This document shows, one piece after another, positions 29,808-32,000 of a stretch of DNA of 32,000 nucleotides; the stretch's first letter is position 1; every line of letters begins with the position of its first letter. The stretch is from the NCBI RefSeq assembly GCF_003367075.2, contig NZ_CP065936.1, positions 870,001-902,000 on the forward strand. Reading direction: 5' to 3'. Source of the stretch: Cylindrospermopsis raciborskii Cr2010 (lineage in GTDB: Bacteria; Cyanobacteriota; Cyanobacteriia; Cyanobacteriales; Nostocaceae). The notes beneath the pieces were generated by a model, which was given only the letters and a program-made list of their open reading frames with translations, was not told where the DNA came from and searched no databases. Made by a program: the position numbers and the translations under genes.

Positions 29808-31829
29808 ATGAAAAGTAAACAGAAAAAAGCCAATCAAATACTAACAGGTGTTGTTACACTCACCATAGTCTTTTCGCCCAGTTCCGTCCTGGCAAACCCA
29901 CCGCGAAATCCAGGCAAAATCGTCAACTGTGAAATTCTCATTGTAGGTGGTGGACTTTCAGGAATTGCCACAGCTTACGAAAGTTTACTAGCAGGGAACA
30001 CAGTTTGTTTAACCGAAATAACTGACTGGTTAGGGGGACAAATTTCCGCCCAGGGTACATCAGCGCTAGATGAAAGACCAACCCAACGGATCAAAAGATT
30101 TTACTCTCGCGGATATTTAGAATTAAGAGACCGAATTGCAAAAAAATATGGGACAATTAACCCCGGTGACTGTTGGGTAAGCGACTCTTGTTTTCTCCCC
30201 GGGGATGGTCATCGGATTCTTTACCAAATGTTGCAAGACGCACAAAACAAAGGAAGAGGAAAATTACACTTTTTTCCCAATACCGTGGTTAAAGATCTAG
30301 AGATTTCTCAAAATGGTAAGATCATTAACAGTGCGATCGCAATTCAACATCAACCAGCGAAAAATGCACCACCTCTGAACACCTTCCCCCTATCTGAGAC
30401 CATAGAGGATTCTTACAGTTATAAAAACTCATCCCGCTTGGATAAAACCATCATTCGTTTTGTTGCCAAAACATCACCAAAAACCAAACAATGGTATATT
30501 ATAGATACTACTGAAACTGGGGAAATTATTGCTCTAGCAGATGTACCCTATCGTCTGGGAGTAGATCCCATTTCCTATCTGGAACCTTCATCTTCCAGTA
30601 CCACAGGGGATCCCTATTGTACCCAAGGTTTTACCTATACCTTTGCCATGGAGGCCACAAAAGAGCCACAAAACCAAACCATGCCAGCATTTTATCCCCA
30701 ATATGCTCCCTATTTTAGCTATGAACTACCCAGACTGGCCAACTTTGATTTAGTTTTCACCTATCGTCGTATTTGGAGTCCCCAAACAGGTCCATGGAGT
30801 AGATTTGGGGGAATTAATTTTACCACTCCCACTCCTGGAGATATATCCATGCAGAACTGGACTTGGGGTAATGACTACCGTCCAGGAACAGCCCAGGATA
30901 ATTTAATTTATACTCGCCAACAGTTACAATCCACAGGTCAATTGAATCCAGGTGGATGGATGGGAGGAATGAGAACGGAAACTCTCCGCAAAGGAGAAGA
31001 AAACGCCCTTGCCTATTATTACTGGCTAGTAGCGGGAAATACGGATAGTTTACTGGGTGAAAACATCAAACAACCCCAACCAAATCACATTTTATTAACT
31101 GGTTTGAACTCACCCATGGGAACTGAACATGGGTTATCAAAATATCCTTATATGAGGGAGGGAAGAAGAATTATTGGTCGTCCTAGTTGGGGACAACCCC
31201 AAGGGTTTAGTATTTGGGAAGTGGATATTTCTCGTCGCAATTATAATGATGAATATTACCGCAAAACCCTGTCACCAGCTATGTATCGTCAGTTGAAAGC
31301 AACCCTTGCAGGATTAGAAGCAACTTCTGTAATTACAGGTAAACTACCATCAGATAGGATAGTAAATCGTAGTCGCTCCACAATTTTTCCAGATGCAGTA
31401 GGTATCGGACATTATGCTATAGATTTTCATCCTTGTATGGATAAAAGTCCACCAGAAGCACCAAGTAATATAGAACGTCCTGGAGAAAGAAGGGGTGCTG
31501 GTTATGCTTATCCTTTTCAAATTGCACTGCGAGCAATGATCCCCCAAAAAATTGATAATTTAATAGTTGGGGGTAAAAGCATTGCTACTAGTCACATCGC
31601 TGCTGCTGCTTATCGAGTCCATTCTTTTGAATGGTCTTCCGGTGCTGCTGCTGGGACTGTAGCGAGTTTTGCACTGAGGAAAAATATATTTCCCTATGAG
31701 TTGGTTGATAATTTACCGAGATTCGAACCTAAGTTACAGATGCTCAGGAAAATTCTTGACCAGAACGGAAATCCAACTGCTTTTCCTGATACTTCCATTT
31801 TTAATCAAAGTTGGGAAGATTGGAGATAG
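29808..31829 (+). CDS. FAD-dependent oxidoreductase with predicted N-terminal export signal
   Basis: Rossmann motif CEILIVGGGLSGIATAYESLLAGNTVCLTE, hydrophobic N-terminus ILTGVVTLTIVFSPSSVLA, and C-terminal IPQKIDNLIVGGKSIATSHIAAAAYRVH. Confidence 0.85.
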   Translation: MKSKQKKANQILTGVVTLTIVFSPSSVLANPPRNPGKIVNCEILIVGGGLSGIATAYESLLAGNTVCLTEITDWLGGQISAQGTSALDERPTQRIKRFYSRGYLELRDRIAKKYGTINPGDCWVSDSCFLPGDGHRILYQMLQDAQNKGRGKLHFFPNTVVKDLEISQNGKIINSAIAIQHQPAKNAPPLNTFPLSETIEDSYSYKNSSRLDKTIIRFVAKTSPKTKQWYIIDTTETGEIIALADVPYRLGVDPISYLEPSSSSTTGDPYCTQGFTYTFAMEATKEPQNQTMPAFYPQYAPYFSYELPRLANFDLVFTYRRIWSPQTGPWSRFGGINFTTPTPGDISMQNWTWGNDYRPGTAQDNLIYTRQQLQSTGQLNPGGWMGGMRTETLRKGEENALAYYYWLVAGNTDSLLGENIKQPQPNHILLTGLNSPMGTEHGLSKYPYMREGRRIIGRPSWGQPQGFSIWEVDISRRNYNDEYYRKTLSPAMYRQLKATLAGLEATSVITGKLPSDRIVNRSRSTIFPDAVGIGHYAIDFHPCMDKSPPEAPSNIERPGERRGAGYAYPFQIALRAMIPQKIDNLIVGGKSIATSHIAAAAYRVHSFEWSSGAAAGTVASFALRKNIFPYELVDNLPRFEPKLQMLRKILDQNGNPTAFPDTSIFNQSWEDWR

Positions 31830-31845
31830 GAGGGATTTTCCGGGT

Positions 31846-32000
31846 TTAATCACCATGAATTAATTGTTGAAATCTGGGGTCATGGTTGATGTCATCAAAG
31901 TCTATATCACCTGCAGCGTCTTCCCTATAACTAGGTTTGTTTTTTATAGCTTGTTGCAAATTGATCAAGGCTAATTCTACATTCTTTTGTAGTGCATAAC
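31846..32000 (-). CDS. C-terminal end of a hypothetical, possibly TPR-containing protein (5' end outside window)
   Basis: Reverse-strand open frame reads ALQKNVELALINLQQAIKNKPSYREDAAGDIDFDDINHDPRFQQLIHGD followed by TAA. Not in the supplied ORF track. Confidence 0.6.
   Translation of the reverse strand, partial: YALQKNVELALINLQQAIKNKPSYREDAAGDIDFDDINHDPRFQQLIHGD

Overview
This 32 kb window is a filamentous-cyanobacterium-type chromosome. Protein families and scattered HIP1 octamers (GCGATCGC) support that; the species was not determined. Most of it is housekeeping sequence: ung (partial), gatB, argJ, glcE/glcF-like glycolate oxidase subunits, a pabC-like aminotransferase, ftsH, tilS, a DHH-family phosphoesterase, an HNH endonuclease, alr, tRNA-Leu(UAG), aspS, miaB and an FAD-dependent oxidoreductase. 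I found no CRISPR array, transposase, phage module or toxin system.

The most unusual features are: (1) a duplicated segment carrying the 3' part of tilS (15632-16190 vs 19562-20457). One copy has a precise 313-bp internal deletion. The copies bracket a ~3.4 kb block holding a BGluT-like glycosyltransferase, two methyltransferases and a decayed LD-carboxypeptidase; (2) six 118-134 bp tandem units, each with a perfect 8-bp hairpin and a HIP1 site, in a 1.8 kb divergent intergenic region; (3) a CheW/MCP/CheA-like cluster whose CheA-like protein appears to have lost its catalytic motifs; (4) a compact three-gene cluster of unknown function at 6122-8466; (5) a near-consensus promoter about 50 nt upstream of a strong terminator after gatB, a possible small RNA. 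No clearly new biological system can be proven from sequence alone.
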